DNA from: a virus
Taxonomy: Duplodnaviria > Caudoviricetes
Length of the DNA: 64,000 bases
Reading direction: 5' to 3' (one strand)
Virus record (IMG/VR): IMGVR_UViG_3300029305_001467
Span: 36,520-100,519 of that record
A program made the position numbers and the translations under genes. This document shows positions 11,048 to 23,471 of this stretch, one piece after another; the first letter of the stretch is position 1; each line of letters starts with the position of its first letter. Under the pieces are notes generated by a model that was not told the origin of the DNA, did no database searches, and was given only the letters and a program-made list of their open reading frames with translations.

Positions 11048-11827
11048 TCAAACAGAATTTTGTTCTGCAATTTGGTTACTATTGATGCAAGAAAATTCTC
11101 CAAAATATTGATTTTCTGCTCGCTCTCTAACTTTAATTGCTTCTTCTAAATCAGTAAAATAACCCAACCTGATTCGTTGATAATTTTTATCTATGTACGT
11201 TTCCCATTTACTTATTGCTTTATTCCAACTGATTCCTTTGTGCCCACTAGAATAGTTATTGGAATTATCTTTGTTACAATTATTCTGTTGAATGGTACTT
11301 ATACGAAGATTAGATTTTCGATTATCTACTCGATTTCTATTAATGTGGTCAATACATTCTTCTCTATTTACTTTCATAATGTATCTATGTAGTGCATAAG
11401 CACTTTTGCCATTATGTGAAGTTACAATGTATCCGCTTGTTAGGTTTTCTCTCCAACAAAAGTCTTTAATTAATTCATAATCTTCTTTATCAAACATGAA
11501 CGGTTTGTTGGTATTGCTTGTATAACCTACGCCATATTCAAATGATTTCAAATCATATACATTATACTTCTTTGAATCAAAACCATTTGTCTTGATTGTT
11601 TTCTTGCCAATATCGCTTGCTATTTCTTTTTTTAAACAACCACATGATTTAGTAAGTCCTCTTTTTAAACTGTTTCCAATAACATCAATTTCTGTATGTT
11701 GGTCACACGAACACTTACAGTGCCATCTAACAAATTTCTGTCCAGATGGAGATGTGTAGTCGCTTGCACGATACATTACAGTTAATCTACCAAATGTTTT
11801 ACCTGTTAAATCAATAAATCTACTTAT
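11048..11827 (-). CDS. HNH homing endonuclease with AP2 domain
   Basis: IDHINRNRVDNRKSNLR; SGHKGISW...RLGYF; frame extends upstream through DLTGKTFGRLTV to an ATA after GAGGTGA. Confidence 0.85.
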   Translation of the reverse strand: MSRFIDLTGKTFGRLTVMYRASDYTSPSGQKFVRWHCKCSCDQHTEIDVIGNSLKRGLTKSCGCLKKEIASDIGKKTIKTNGFDSKKYNVYDLKSFEYGVGYTSNTNKPFMFDKEDYELIKDFCWRENLTSGYIVTSHNGKSAYALHRYIMKVNREECIDHINRNRVDNRKSNLRISTIQQNNCNKDNSNNYSSGHKGISWNKAISKWETYIDKNYQRIRLGYFTDLEEAIKVRERAENQYFGEFSCINSNQIAEQNSV

Positions 11828-12335
11828 CTTTTAATCACCTCTTTACCCATTCTTCAAAGGTCATACCTTCAATTATCATAAATTCTGACCAGCTTCCTAC
11901 ATCCAATCTTAATCTACCTCTGTCATCTTCACAGACATTCATGTAGTAGCTTTTGAAATTATGATCTTCAAGAAACTTATTAATCTCCTTAATCGCTTCT
12001 TCTTTAGTCTGTGGTTCTGCAATAACTCTTTCTTCTCCACGACTGTTTTGGAATAATAGTCTCATAAATATTACTTCTCCTTCTTCTTTTCAGAAAAGTC
12101 ACAGCATGAATATCTATAACATCCATGTAATGAACAATCATTACTTATTTGACATCCCACATCATTATTTCTATCTTCCTTATCTTTATCTTCGCAAAGT
12201 TTCTTATATGCTTTCATAAATCTTGTGTGCATATTTTTGTATGGTCTTTTGTCTAATTCTCTAAAGACCTCTTGCGCATAATCTTCTGGAAAGCCCATAT
12301 TCACCTCCTAAAATGCCAATAAAATAAGAATTTAA

Positions 12336-12770
12336 TTACTTCAACAACATATAGATGCCAAGTGGATAATAAATGTAATCTAACACAATGTTAAATAAGA
12401 AAATCCATCTGTGGAACTGCTTATCGTTAATTTCTGCTTCCAATTCGAATACACTGTTAAATTCCTTGATTAATGTTCTCATTGCAATTACACAAGTAAG
12501 AATCTGTAATGCAGACAAGATAATAAACAATGTCGTTCCGATGCTGCATCCTAATACTGCATAGAAAATAATCAAGAATAATTCGAACAACAACGTCAGA
12601 AAAAATGCCAAACTCTTAACTAAATCTGTGATTTGTTCTTCCTTTTCTTTTAACTCTGACTTACTTTTTCTTATGTTCTTCAACCACAACTTCTTATTTA
12701 ATTCTCTTGGTGTATTCTTAATTCTGTGCAATAATAGTAAGAATAAAATAGCTAATGCAATAATCTTCAT
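12336..12770 (-). CDS. Hypothetical membrane protein
   Basis: Several hydrophobic segments; RBS present. Confidence 0.6.
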   Translation of the reverse strand: MKIIALAILFLLLLHRIKNTPRELNKKLWLKNIRKSKSELKEKEEQITDLVKSLAFFLTLLFELFLIIFYAVLGCSIGTTLFIILSALQILTCVIAMRTLIKEFNSVFELEAEINDKQFHRWIFLFNIVLDYIYYPLGIYMLLK

Positions 12771-12788
12771 GTATTACTTCTCCTTTAC

Positions 12789-13187
12789 CTAGTCAATAGT
12801 TTCTACATTAATCGGAATCCACATATTCGGATTGAAGTTCAGTGTGTACTTATACTTGGAAACCGCATTGTCCCCCAAATTTAAATCCTCTACTACGTAG
12901 GTCACATTATCACTAAGTCCAACAAAGTGCTTTACATAAGTACCATTATCTTCAACAATAATCTCAAGCTGGTTGTCTGCCATATCCGCAGTAATCGACA
13001 ACTTACCAGTCATCTGGAATAGCACATCGCCCTCGATGCAGTTAATAACTGTGAGCTGACGAACAATATTGAAATTATCTGCTTCTTGAGAAAGATTGTA
13101 TGATACTCTAGCTGCCTCTGTCTGACAACCGGCAAGACCTACAACCATAAAGGCTGCTACTAACAATGTTGCTAACTTCTTCTTCAT
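12789..13187 (-). CDS. Phage lipoprotein
   Basis: MKKKLATLLVAAFMVVGLAGC signal peptide with lipobox. Confidence 0.7.
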   Translation of the reverse strand: MKKKLATLLVAAFMVVGLAGCQTEAARVSYNLSQEADNFNIVRQLTVINCIEGDVLFQMTGKLSITADMADNQLEIIVEDNGTYVKHFVGLSDNVTYVVEDLNLGDNAVSKYKYTLNFNPNMWIPINVETID

Positions 13188-13854
13188 ATTATTCTCCTTT
13201 CTTTTCACCATGAAATCGTACTTCTATTACTTATAAAAGTGTAGCCAATTTCTTCGCTAAGATTTCCTTTGCATTCTTTTCAATAGCTTCCTCAATGGTC
13301 TTCTCTGTTTTCTGCTTCACAAAATTATCTAAAGTTGTGCCGTTGATTTTTCTTGAATCATCCCAATAGCTACCATTAATTAAAGCGTCAACTCTTTTTT
13401 CTACAATTCTTACAATAGTATCATCTAAATGTTTTAATACAAGTTGTTCTGCATACTTGTCCATAGCAATCTTAACCTTTTCTTCTAACTCAGCATTTTC
13501 GATTGATACATTCAAAATCATCTTTGGTTCTGACTTCTTCATTTTATATCCTCCAATTTAACTTCTTACACATACCTTGACTCAAAACCACCAGCGTACT
13601 TAATCTTATACGGTTCTGGCTCTTCATCTTGCCACGGCATCCACGCTAAGATCCCATCCCAATCAAAATAACCTAGTCCCTTACAATAATTAATCGACTG
13701 AACCCAAACTTCTCCCATTCCACCTCTTGTAACCCAAACTTCACCAGTTTTTTCCGGCATGATAGGAGCAACACCGCAATCTACCGGAATCCATACTCCA
13801 CTCTGTACCATCCGTTATCACCTCTTCTCACTTTAAAAGATAAATTCTATTGAC

Positions 13855-14907
13855 TCACTTCTTACTTCTCTCTTTTGACTTCATCATTTCATAAAACTTT
13901 ACATATTCTCTCGTATAAGCATAGCTATCAGAGAAAATATTATTTACTGCAATATATAGCTTTGGTTCGTGTTCCTTAATTACTGCTAATTCGAACTCAA
14001 AGTCTCTACCAAACGGGCAACCAGCACAACCAGTTCTAGTCAACCCATATTCGGTATAACACTTACTATGAGTAACAATATAATTTTCTTCATAATCAAC
14101 TTTGTCTTCGTTTACATACCAAAATAAAGGTCTATAATTATCACAAGTACCACCCTCGTCAAAGCAACTCTTATACGAAGTTCCTCTAATTCCACCTTCA
14201 GCTTTTCTTACTCCAAAGATATTTAAGTCATATCCTTCGTATTCAACCAACTTATGTAAGACATCTTTCTTTGCATATTTGCAACACTTTGATGATATTT
14301 TGAATTTAGGTGGACTATTAACCATGAATTCTTTCAAATATTTATTGTAATCAATATTGAATCGTATCGACTCATTGGCATTACACCACCACATCAAAGC
14401 CCCCTTGCAACCAACCCAATCTTGCTTCTTTTCATTCCATTTACAATACTTTTTAAGCAACACATCTAATGGTTCATCTTCCCATTGAAACCCATGACGT
14501 TGCAATCTATCAATCATTTCGGATGCATTCTTTGATATGAATGGTTGTCCATAAGTGCGACAACTTGTAGGAATTGGAACTATTGCTTTATATGGCTTAA
14601 TTGTTATACCATACTTTTCTTCTAAAAACTTTAAATGGTCTTTAGTTGCTTGATATTCCAAACCAGTATCAAACCAAACATACTCAACTATATTTCTCTG
14701 ATCACATTGCCAAACTATATCTATCATTACATCACTATCAGAGCCACCAGACACAGCACAAACAATCTTTTCGTACTTTGGACTGTTTATCTTTGACCAC
14801 GCTCTAACAATGTTGTCTCCAATGGTAGGATTTTTTGGACACCTTTCCAATAACTCATTAATGTCTTTTGGTTTAGTTAAATTTATACTTTTATGGTGTA
14901 GTTGCAA
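13855..14907 (-). CDS. PAPS-reductase-family (PP-loop, Fe-S) protein, possibly DNA modification
   Basis: VSGGSDS PP-loop, FDTGLEY, KCC, GVRKAE, RTGCAGCPF; poor RBS in the present orientation. Confidence 0.85.
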   Translation of the reverse strand: MQLHHKSINLTKPKDINELLERCPKNPTIGDNIVRAWSKINSPKYEKIVCAVSGGSDSDVMIDIVWQCDQRNIVEYVWFDTGLEYQATKDHLKFLEEKYGITIKPYKAIVPIPTSCRTYGQPFISKNASEMIDRLQRHGFQWEDEPLDVLLKKYCKWNEKKQDWVGCKGALMWWCNANESIRFNIDYNKYLKEFMVNSPPKFKISSKCCKYAKKDVLHKLVEYEGYDLNIFGVRKAEGGIRGTSYKSCFDEGGTCDNYRPLFWYVNEDKVDYEENYIVTHSKCYTEYGLTRTGCAGCPFGRDFEFELAVIKEHEPKLYIAVNNIFSDSYAYTREYVKFYEMMKSKERSKK

Positions 14908-15033
14908 ATACCCTTAAAAGTAGCTACTTGAAGATTATTGGAAAGGAGTCAAGCAAGTAATTCTAGATAATTGACTGTATACAGCCTTGCAAATAAAGTA
15001 TTTTGCAAGATAAAGATAAAAGTATAATTTTCT
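14877..15033. promoter_or_regulatory. Candidate invertible segment at the 5' end of the PAPS-reductase gene
   Basis: Inverted 18-bp sites with spacers TTATAC (14883-14888) and GTATAA (15022-15027). Confidence 0.55.
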
Positions 15034-15035
15034 TG

Positions 15036-15452
15036 TTAAACACCTATCTTAATAAAAGAACCATTGTGACCTCTTACCTTACCTTGTCTCATCCGATATA
15101 AAATATCACTTAACATATTCTCCATCTGAGTAAAGTCACCACTAAACATGCTTCCAGTAGTTTTAATCTCATATTGAAACTCAAGTTCATCATCAGTAGG
15201 CACAACCGGTCTTCTCATATATGTAACAGTACCCTTTGGAACTTTAATTCCGGTATATTTATCACAATAATCAGTCTGTAAAACCTTTAGCCATTCTTGA
15301 CAGTTTTTGTTATACTTACTCATTTTTACACCGTCTACAGTAAAATATCCGATGTAATCATAATCAATGTAAACGAACTTGTTCACCACAAGAAGAACAC
15401 CATCAGTCACTCGATACAGATCCTGGTATTCAGTTTCTGCTAAAATTTCTAT
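15036..15452 (-). CDS. Hypothetical protein (probable ATA start)
   Basis: GGAGGTGA-tatca-ATA in frame. Confidence 0.6.
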   Translation of the reverse strand: MEILAETEYQDLYRVTDGVLLVVNKFVYIDYDYIGYFTVDGVKMSKYNKNCQEWLKVLQTDYCDKYTGIKVPKGTVTYMRRPVVPTDDELEFQYEIKTTGSMFSGDFTQMENMLSDILYRMRQGKVRGHNGSFIKIGV

Positions 15453-15806
15453 TGATATCACCTCCAATATCTCGATAAAATTAGGCTTTCATTGCCATCA
15501 TTAATCACTTATTACTTCTCTTTTTATTCTTGGAATTCCGTTTATGTTTGTGTGTGCAGCGTCGCCAAACGCTTTTACTTAATTTTATTCATATATTCTT
15601 CCATAAACTTTAAACGAACAGCTTCATCAAAAACTTTTGAAAGAAAATCTATATATTCTTCCTTCGCTTCATTAATATCATCCGTACTAATATGAATCTC
15701 AGTTTCTGGAAACTCTGTTATGATATTATACATCTCACCATCATAAGTAATTTTCATATTTGCGTCCTTTCAAATTTTCTTGATAAATCCGAAATTTTAA
15801 CAGGAT

Positions 15807-16283
15807 TTATTCAAAATTAACTGCGCCATTTTGTCTTGCGTAATTAAATGCTTCCATCCAATCTTCGTACTTTCTAATAAACCAATCATCGTTTATTGCC
15901 TTTGAATATTCGATAGCATCTTTATGGTTGTTCTTGAAATCATCATATAATTTCTGTGCTAATACACTACCAATAACGCCCTCATTATCAGCAAAATCAA
16001 TCAACTCTTGGAACGCTACATCTCCTCTAAAATTTTCTAAATCATCTCTCCATCTGTTATATCCACTATAAGAACCTGCTGGAAAGCTATACACATCCTC
16101 AAATTCATAAACACAATTACTTTCTACTGGATAACCCTTACCTTTCCAAATAGATTCCGACCAATCCATACTTGCACCAGGCAACCACTGATTATCATAA
16201 TCTTCTGGATAGCCATCAGAATCTAAAATAGGATTTTCTACTTTTCTTAAATTTTTAAATGCTCTAATATCTAAACCCATATG
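15807..16283 (-). CDS. Hypothetical phage protein (MGLD-type N-terminus)
   Basis: AAGGAG RBS before MGLDIRAF. Confidence 0.6.
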   Translation of the reverse strand, partial: HMGLDIRAFKNLRKVENPILDSDGYPEDYDNQWLPGASMDWSESIWKGKGYPVESNCVYEFEDVYSFPAGSYSGYNRWRDDLENFRGDVAFQELIDFADNEGVIGSVLAQKLYDDFKNNHKDAIEYSKAINDDWFIRKYEDWMEAFNYARQNGAVNFE

Positions 16284-17808
16284 TACTTCACTCCTTTCAA
16301 TTTTCTCCATAGAACCCCAGATTTAAGTATGCTCACGATAATTTTTACCAATATACAATGGTTCTGAGTGACCATAAACAGAGGTTGGTAATTCATTCTT
16401 TGCAAGTTCGTAATAACAAAACCATTTACCGTTATGACATTTTAAATCTTTTGACAAATCTACATCATATATCTTCTTAATATTTTCAATCCAGTTATTA
16501 TATATTTCTTCGTCTGTATTTCCGAAAGCCACTGAATGATACATCCATCCACTCCAACCTTCAGAACCCATTTCACAAGTTGAAACTAAATACACTAACC
16601 ATGTTTTCTTTTCTATTTGAATCACCTCAATTCTTTTCAGTAAGTTTCTTATATAACTTGTCTGCTTCATCTTCAGTAAATACCTTTACAATTTCCATAC
16701 TATCATTAGTTTTACGACTAACCATCAATACAGAAATATCTTTCTGATATTTACCTTCATAAGCAATTGTTAAAACATCTTCCATATAATTACTTCTCCA
16801 CTTAATTTAAAAACCACCTTGTAAACCACTCCAATCGGTATTACAATCTCTATAGGCTTCACTCTTAGCTTCTCTGATTGCTTCCTTGACAACACCAAGA
16901 GATAAAATATCTTTCTTTAACCTCTTATTCTCTTTTCTTAGTCGTTCAAGTTCTGACTGTTCTGAGCCAACCTGATGTTCTAATTCGTAAACATACCTAC
17001 GCAACATTCTACCTTGCTTGTTTTCATCCTTTTCTTCTACAATTTCTCTCCATCTTTCAGAAGTTGGTTCTACATCATATGCCATATTCTCACCTCAATT
17101 CCACCTTAAAACGTTTGATTTATTGTTTTTCTTTCACAATATCAAAGAACTTGTATGTCTTATTTAACTCATTGAATCTATTAACGATTACTGTATGTCC
17201 TATCAAATCTAATTTATCTTTACCAAACTTCATTACAATATGACACACATGTAAATCACTTAGCATATGTACAGGAATTAAAGTGCCATCTTCTTTCTCC
17301 CAATAATACTTTTCACTATTTGCAATTGTTTTATTTTTATCACAATCTTCTCGCCAATCATTGCTCATAAATTCTCCTTTCAGACCACCATGAAATCCCC
17401 GTTTCATCGTTATGCATACTGCTCGTCAGTAAACCCAATCAAATAATCATACTTTTTTACATCTCTCATTACAATGATTACATGTATTCTATTCTCTGTT
17501 TCGCAATACAATATACGGCTATCTCTTCTACAGTGCTTTGCGGTGCTTTCGATTTCATACTTAATTATCCCATTTACATCTTCTTGGGTGTAATCCCATA
17601 CCCCTTCTTCAACTGGGTCTTGCCAACAGTTATGATACAATCCTTCGCAGCAATATGACCATAAGCACATATATGGTTGCTTGTACTTCTTTAATAACTC
17701 AAGTAGCCTCTTTTTGGATATGTATTTGAACTGTAAGTCCAGGCAGAAGATATCTGAATATTGCTTCTTTGCATAGTTGAGAACCTTGTATCTTTCTTTA
17801 CGTTTCAT

Positions 17809-18567
17809 TTAATCAAACCACTCCTTCCTTACTTTTACATATTCTCTATAGTAAGGATAATAAGTTGTTGTTCCCGTCTGTTTTTCACACCACTTATTAA
17901 GAAATTCTTGAAGTTCGCCTTCGTCACAAATATTCTCTCTTGCATCATCGTGTAGTTCATCACATGCATTTTCAATGATACTTTCTGCATCCAGTGACAT
18001 CTTAATTTCTTCGCAGTTCCATAATACCTTTGGAATACGTTCTTCAAAGTAATCATCGAAATTCCTATCATGTTCCTCTTCTTCATCTAAATACAAGTCC
18101 CACCAATAATCTATAAATTCACCTATATCTGCAAAATATTTACCTGATTCTTCATCATACATATAATAAGAAGCATTCTGAATTTCAATCTCTTTAGCCT
18201 TATTGATAGTTTCTTGATACTTAATTCTTTTTTCTTCGTTCCGTTGCTCTCTAAAATCATCGCAATTGCAAGTGTTTGTACCCTTAGATAATATTCTTCC
18301 GCAGAATTTACAAGTTTTCAGTCTGCCAAAATAGCACGTTGGACACAGTGTAAAATATTCATTATTGTACCAGTCTAACTTAAAAGGCTTTTCTATATCA
18401 TCCTCTTTAATGCCAAACCGGTAATCTTGCCTAATAATACCCAACCCACTACAAACAGGACAAATAATCTCATCGTCCTGCAAATCTTTTTTTAATGTAT
18501 CTGGAAGAATTCTCATGAGTTCGTCTACTGTATTCAATGATATATGTTTGATAACTAACACCTCCAT
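17809..18567 (-). CDS. Zn-finger-containing hypothetical protein
   Basis: CPVCSGLG, CPTC, CKFC motifs; true start possibly ATC at 18552. Confidence 0.6.
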   Translation of the reverse strand: MEVLVIKHISLNTVDELMRILPDTLKKDLQDDEIICPVCSGLGIIRQDYRFGIKEDDIEKPFKLDWYNNEYFTLCPTCYFGRLKTCKFCGRILSKGTNTCNCDDFREQRNEEKRIKYQETINKAKEIEIQNASYYMYDEESGKYFADIGEFIDYWWDLYLDEEEEHDRNFDDYFEERIPKVLWNCEEIKMSLDAESIIENACDELHDDARENICDEGELQEFLNKWCEKQTGTTTYYPYYREYVKVRKEWFD

Positions 18568-21500
18568 CTGAACAATTTCTTAATCTTATCCCATCTTTGT
18601 TTCCTTAAATACTTCTCACATCTGCCACCATATATCTTGCAGATATCGTTATCACATTGCCGGCACATCGAGTTAGAGTAATGCTTCTCTATATTTTTTA
18701 CTAAAATGCTCATAAGCCATCTTCTCCTCAATCCCACAAATGATAATAGAACAATGAAAACAGCTTCATGAAGGCGTTCTTATTCTGAGTCATTACAGAA
18801 TTGATTCTCTTATAATCCTCAATTGTACGGCAGCTAATCTCATAATCGTCATCCTCAATGTTTTTGCCATAAATCTGTTTTTCTACATATTCTTCATCCA
18901 TCATGTGTAAATGATAAATCATCGTCTTATATATTAGTTCTGTATACTCTTCATCAAAATGTTCTTCTGGAAACAACTTAACCAGCTCATCATGATGTTT
19001 GCTCTCCACCGGAATAGTGAGGTATGCATGTCCATATTTGATAAAATCCTCTAAGATTCTTATCATTTTTCTGCGAAACATCTCAAAGAACTCAAACATG
19101 TCAACATCATCATACCCATACCACGCCCTGCGCCAAGCGTATTTTAATTCCCATCGAAGATTTCTGAAAAAATATCTAAGACTTGATTTTCTCTTTTTTC
19201 TGTTTTTCAAGAAATCCTTCAATCCTAAATCAAAATCATCTATGTTATATACCTCACTTTCTCCTTAAAACACAGGATTTATTGTTACTTAATTGACAAC
19301 CCCTCAATCTTTTTAATTGCATCTTCTAACCCTTCGCAGTAAGATTCGTTTAATTCCATCTCTTCTTCATCAAATTCATCTCGTAAGGCAGAACTCTTTG
19401 TCTCCGCCAAACAAAAATTCAAAAGTGCGATAGCTTCTTTCTTAAAATTCTCTGCTGTCATATTCTTCTCCAATCTCTCTTTAAATCATTTCTTTCATCA
19501 AGTAAAATATTCTTCTACTTCTTCAAATCCATTATATCCACAACCTTCCGGTAATGGCTTAATTGTCAAACTGCATAAAAACTTTAAAATTTTTTTACAA
19601 TCATCAATAGAATTAACCTTATTTATATTCAATTCATAACATCTATAACTTTTAGATGGTATAAATAAATTCAAAATATCAGCAGCTTGTGTTTGAGATT
19701 CTTCCTTTGTGTGTTCAAACGCTCTAAGTTCATCTTTTCCGAGCCACTTGACCCACGCGCCACAATCACTACAGTACAAACCAGTGTTATTACCTTTTGG
19801 TGCTGTATGTAATTCAGTACTACCACACTTAGTACAACAGTTCTGATACATTATTATTCTCCTTTCTCCTTAGAACCAAGATTTCATTTGATAATTCCTC
19901 TTACCTTAACTCTCTTCCCACAATGCTGACAGAAATCTCCTCCATATAAAATCAACGGATACGTAGAAGCTCCACAATTCGGACAGACGTATGTACCATC
20001 TTCATGTTTATAAATTGCTTCTTGTTCTACATCTCTGTCAATTAAAGCTCTAACTCTACTTGTATCTTCTCCAAAATGTAAACCTAATTCTTCAAGCTGG
20101 ATGATTGCCAAATCTCTTTCCCATATGTATTGGTCAAGCACACCTAATGCAGAAATAGCAGTATTAATTGCATCTTCACGGAACGAATCAATTTCAATAT
20201 CACAACAATCTCTCATCGCAGCTACTTCTAAAATATTTTTCAGTTCGTCTTTTGCTTGATGATTCATCATACTATCACCTCTTTCTTGATGAAACTCTGG
20301 TTCTAACAGTCTACAATATGTACAGTTGCAATATGCTTGGATTCACCATCCAAAGGTTCACCAACCATTCTATATGTCTCAAAAGTAACATATGGAATCA
20401 TCTCTTTTGCTAAATCTATACACAGAGTCTCTTGGATTGGTTTACGCCATTCTTCTTCATCGTGACGACTTATACATGTAGCAGTAATGGTTCTAATTTT
20501 CTTAGTAAGAACATCTAATTTTAAATTCTCTTCTACTTTATAACTCTGTTGTTTAATTACTTCTGCTTTCAACTCTTCAATCTCTTTAAGCAACTGTTTT
20601 CTCGATTTTCTTTTCTTAAAAAACATCTTTATCCTCCTAGCAAGTTATCTTTGGTAAGTTTAAAGTACAATTGCAAATACCACTGCCACCATTTCCAGGA
20701 TTAGCACCACACTTTATACACGGATCTTTTTGAAAGCAATCCATAGTCGCATAAGGGCTTTCATTCTCTACAAACGGTACTCTTACAATTTGTTCTCTCT
20801 GTCCTTCCCAAGTCCAACCACAATTGTAACATTCTTTTCTTGGAATTGGTGGGTTGGTACAGATAACGGAATCAACTAAGTCATGTCCACACTTAGGACA
20901 AGTTTCTATAACAATCATTCTCTATTTACTCCTTCTCTGTAAGATATCTTATCGTTAACTTCTTCCTTTGGAAACGAATCAATCATTGCTATCACATGAG
21001 CTAATGAAACATAATCTCTATTCACTACCGGTTGATTCAATAACCCCAAACACTCTTTTAAACAATTAATATCCACAATGTATTTCATACCCTCCTCCTA
21101 AACTATTCATCTCTCAGTTCTTCTAACAATTTAATAGCCTTATTACACAACTCGACCCAACTTAATTTGTGATACTCCGAATATAAAAGATTACCGCCTA
21201 TATATCTCGAATCTATCTCTGTAATTACTTTACATAATTCATCAGTTCCAAAACGTTCTTCTTCCATAACTAATTTCTCCTTATGAAATGCTGCTTTTAT
21301 CGTCTGTAGTACATTCGATATTTAATTATTTCTTCAAATCTAATAGGATATCTTTCTGTAAGATATTCCATCCATTCATCTTCAGTTAAATACTCTAAAA
21401 TTTCTTCAAGTTCTGGAAGGCTGCTGATTATGTAATCCTTGATATCATATGGATCTCGAATATCAGAATCGTAGCACAAACCTAAAATGTACTTAAAATT

Positions 21501-23090
21501 ATATTTATCAAGTTCTTCTGAAGCCATTTTCGCATCTTCATCGTATTCGAACATTATTCATTTCCTCCCATGAAAGTGTTATTTTATTGGGTCTTCTGCT
21601 ACCTCAAACTTAATCGGTAGCAATGCCGTTGTTCTTCTTTTCATCCACGGTTTTTCTTCTGTTGCGAACTCATCACCATATTCCTGACAGAGAACAATGT
21701 CTCCTATTGTATATTTAAAGTGATGAGTGTTAAAGCATTCTTCGTCATCCGGAACCTTGGTTAATACTGCTGTGTTATATGTCTGACAGGATAACACCTT
21801 ATATAAAACATCTTGCATCGCTTCAAAATCAAAAATCAAAGTTCCGTCATTTGCATTTCTACTCATTGAAAAATAATTAAAATCTGCTTCTGGGTCATAG
21901 CAAATATTTGCAACTTGATGCTCACTATTGCCAACAGTAATACCAGTTTCTAAAGCTCTTGATTCATACATCTTTTCAAAAATATCAACTGGATTATACT
22001 CGACCATTGATTCGTATTTGCATTTTGATAAACCGGTATCTCCATCGGAAATTCTTTGTTTAATATAATCTAATGACTTTATAATTTACCTCACTTCCTC
22101 TAAAGTGTCTTCAATTATCCATGCTAATTCATGAAAGTGATTGTTTTTGTTTAAAATGCCTTCAATCTCACCATCTTTATTTTTCACCAAATAACCAGTA
22201 ACCCAACAACCGTTGGCTGGTCTTTTTGCTCTGAAAAATTCAGCACTAACTTCACGATTCGCTTTACAATACGTGCAAGTCTGTTCTGAACGAAAACATA
22301 AATTATTACAACCCATAATTACCTCACAATAGAACTTTGTTTTTATCTGCTTAACACAAAGCTTCTATCTCTTCATCCGAAACACAGTCACATTCAATCG
22401 CACAATCAAAATGTTCACTCAGAAGTCCGAGCCAGTCATGTTCTGAAATACTATGACCGGAAGCCCATACAGTACCGTTTACTTCAAGAATCTGCCAATC
22501 TCCAGATTCGCAATTTATTAACTTAACAACATTATCCATATCTTTTTATCCCCTTTAGATGTTAATTTTATTGTTTATTCCATTTCATCAAGTATTGCTT
22601 TAATATCTTCAATATAATCAAACGCAGTGTTTCTACCATCTACACCGTAAAATATTTCTGCGATATCATATATATTTTCTAATTGATTTAGAATAAGATT
22701 CTTTACATCTTCCTTTACATCCATTTCTTTAACCTCCGAATAAAATATTAGTTTCAACGGTATATCTTGGGTAATTTTTTAAATGCGATAACATCATCTC
22801 TTTCGCATAACTTGTCGTGCCATATCTGTTTCTTTATGGGTTGTTCAATGATGTTTACGCCATATCCATATACCTCATACTCTTGAAAAACATTTGAACG
22901 TCTATTGTCTTTCCAAACTTCTCTTACCTCATCCCAAAATAAATCCATTACATATGCTTGTCCCGGTTCTTCTCCATATCTAATGGAACAAATATACCAG
23001 CCACGTTTCTTTGGTTTGTGTTTAGGATAAGGCTTCCATCTATTAAACATTATTTATTCCTCCCGATAAAAGCAAAATTCAATTGTTATT

Positions 23091-23471
23091 TTATTCAGGT
23101 TTACCTACAATATCTTCATCTGTCCAAGTATCGTTTTTAAAATTTTCTCTACACTTTTCAATACATTCTAACTTTGAATCAGATTTATTGACATAAACCT
23201 TTGGTGTCTGAAATTCGCAATAGTGACATTTTAATTGTGCAGATGATGCTCCAACTCCACTACTTGCAAACACATATAAACCACTGTTGCAATATGGACA
23301 TAAATATAGTTCTTTTTCTATGTCTACATCCTTTTCTTTGCTTGTTACTTTGACATCTATATTATCTAACTTGGTATTTATGGTATTAATCCTTGCATGT
23401 AAAAGTCCATTAGATGCAATCCATATAATTACCATTACAATTAGTACAATATCTGTTATGTTTTTCTTCAT
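23091..23471 (-). CDS. Membrane-anchored Zn-ribbon (Lar-like) protein
   Basis: N-terminal TM segment, CPYC...CHYC. Confidence 0.45.
   Translation of the reverse strand: MKKNITDIVLIVMVIIWIASNGLLHARINTINTKLDNIDVKVTSKEKDVDIEKELYLCPYCNSGLYVFASSGVGASSAQLKCHYCEFQTPKVYVNKSDSKLECIEKCRENFKNDTWTDEDIVGKPE

Noticed and set aside
8795-11827. HNH genes as part of group I introns or inteins
   Set aside because: Flanking genes look complete with their own RBS and stops; no intron core or intein motifs were recognised, so these are treated as free-standing.
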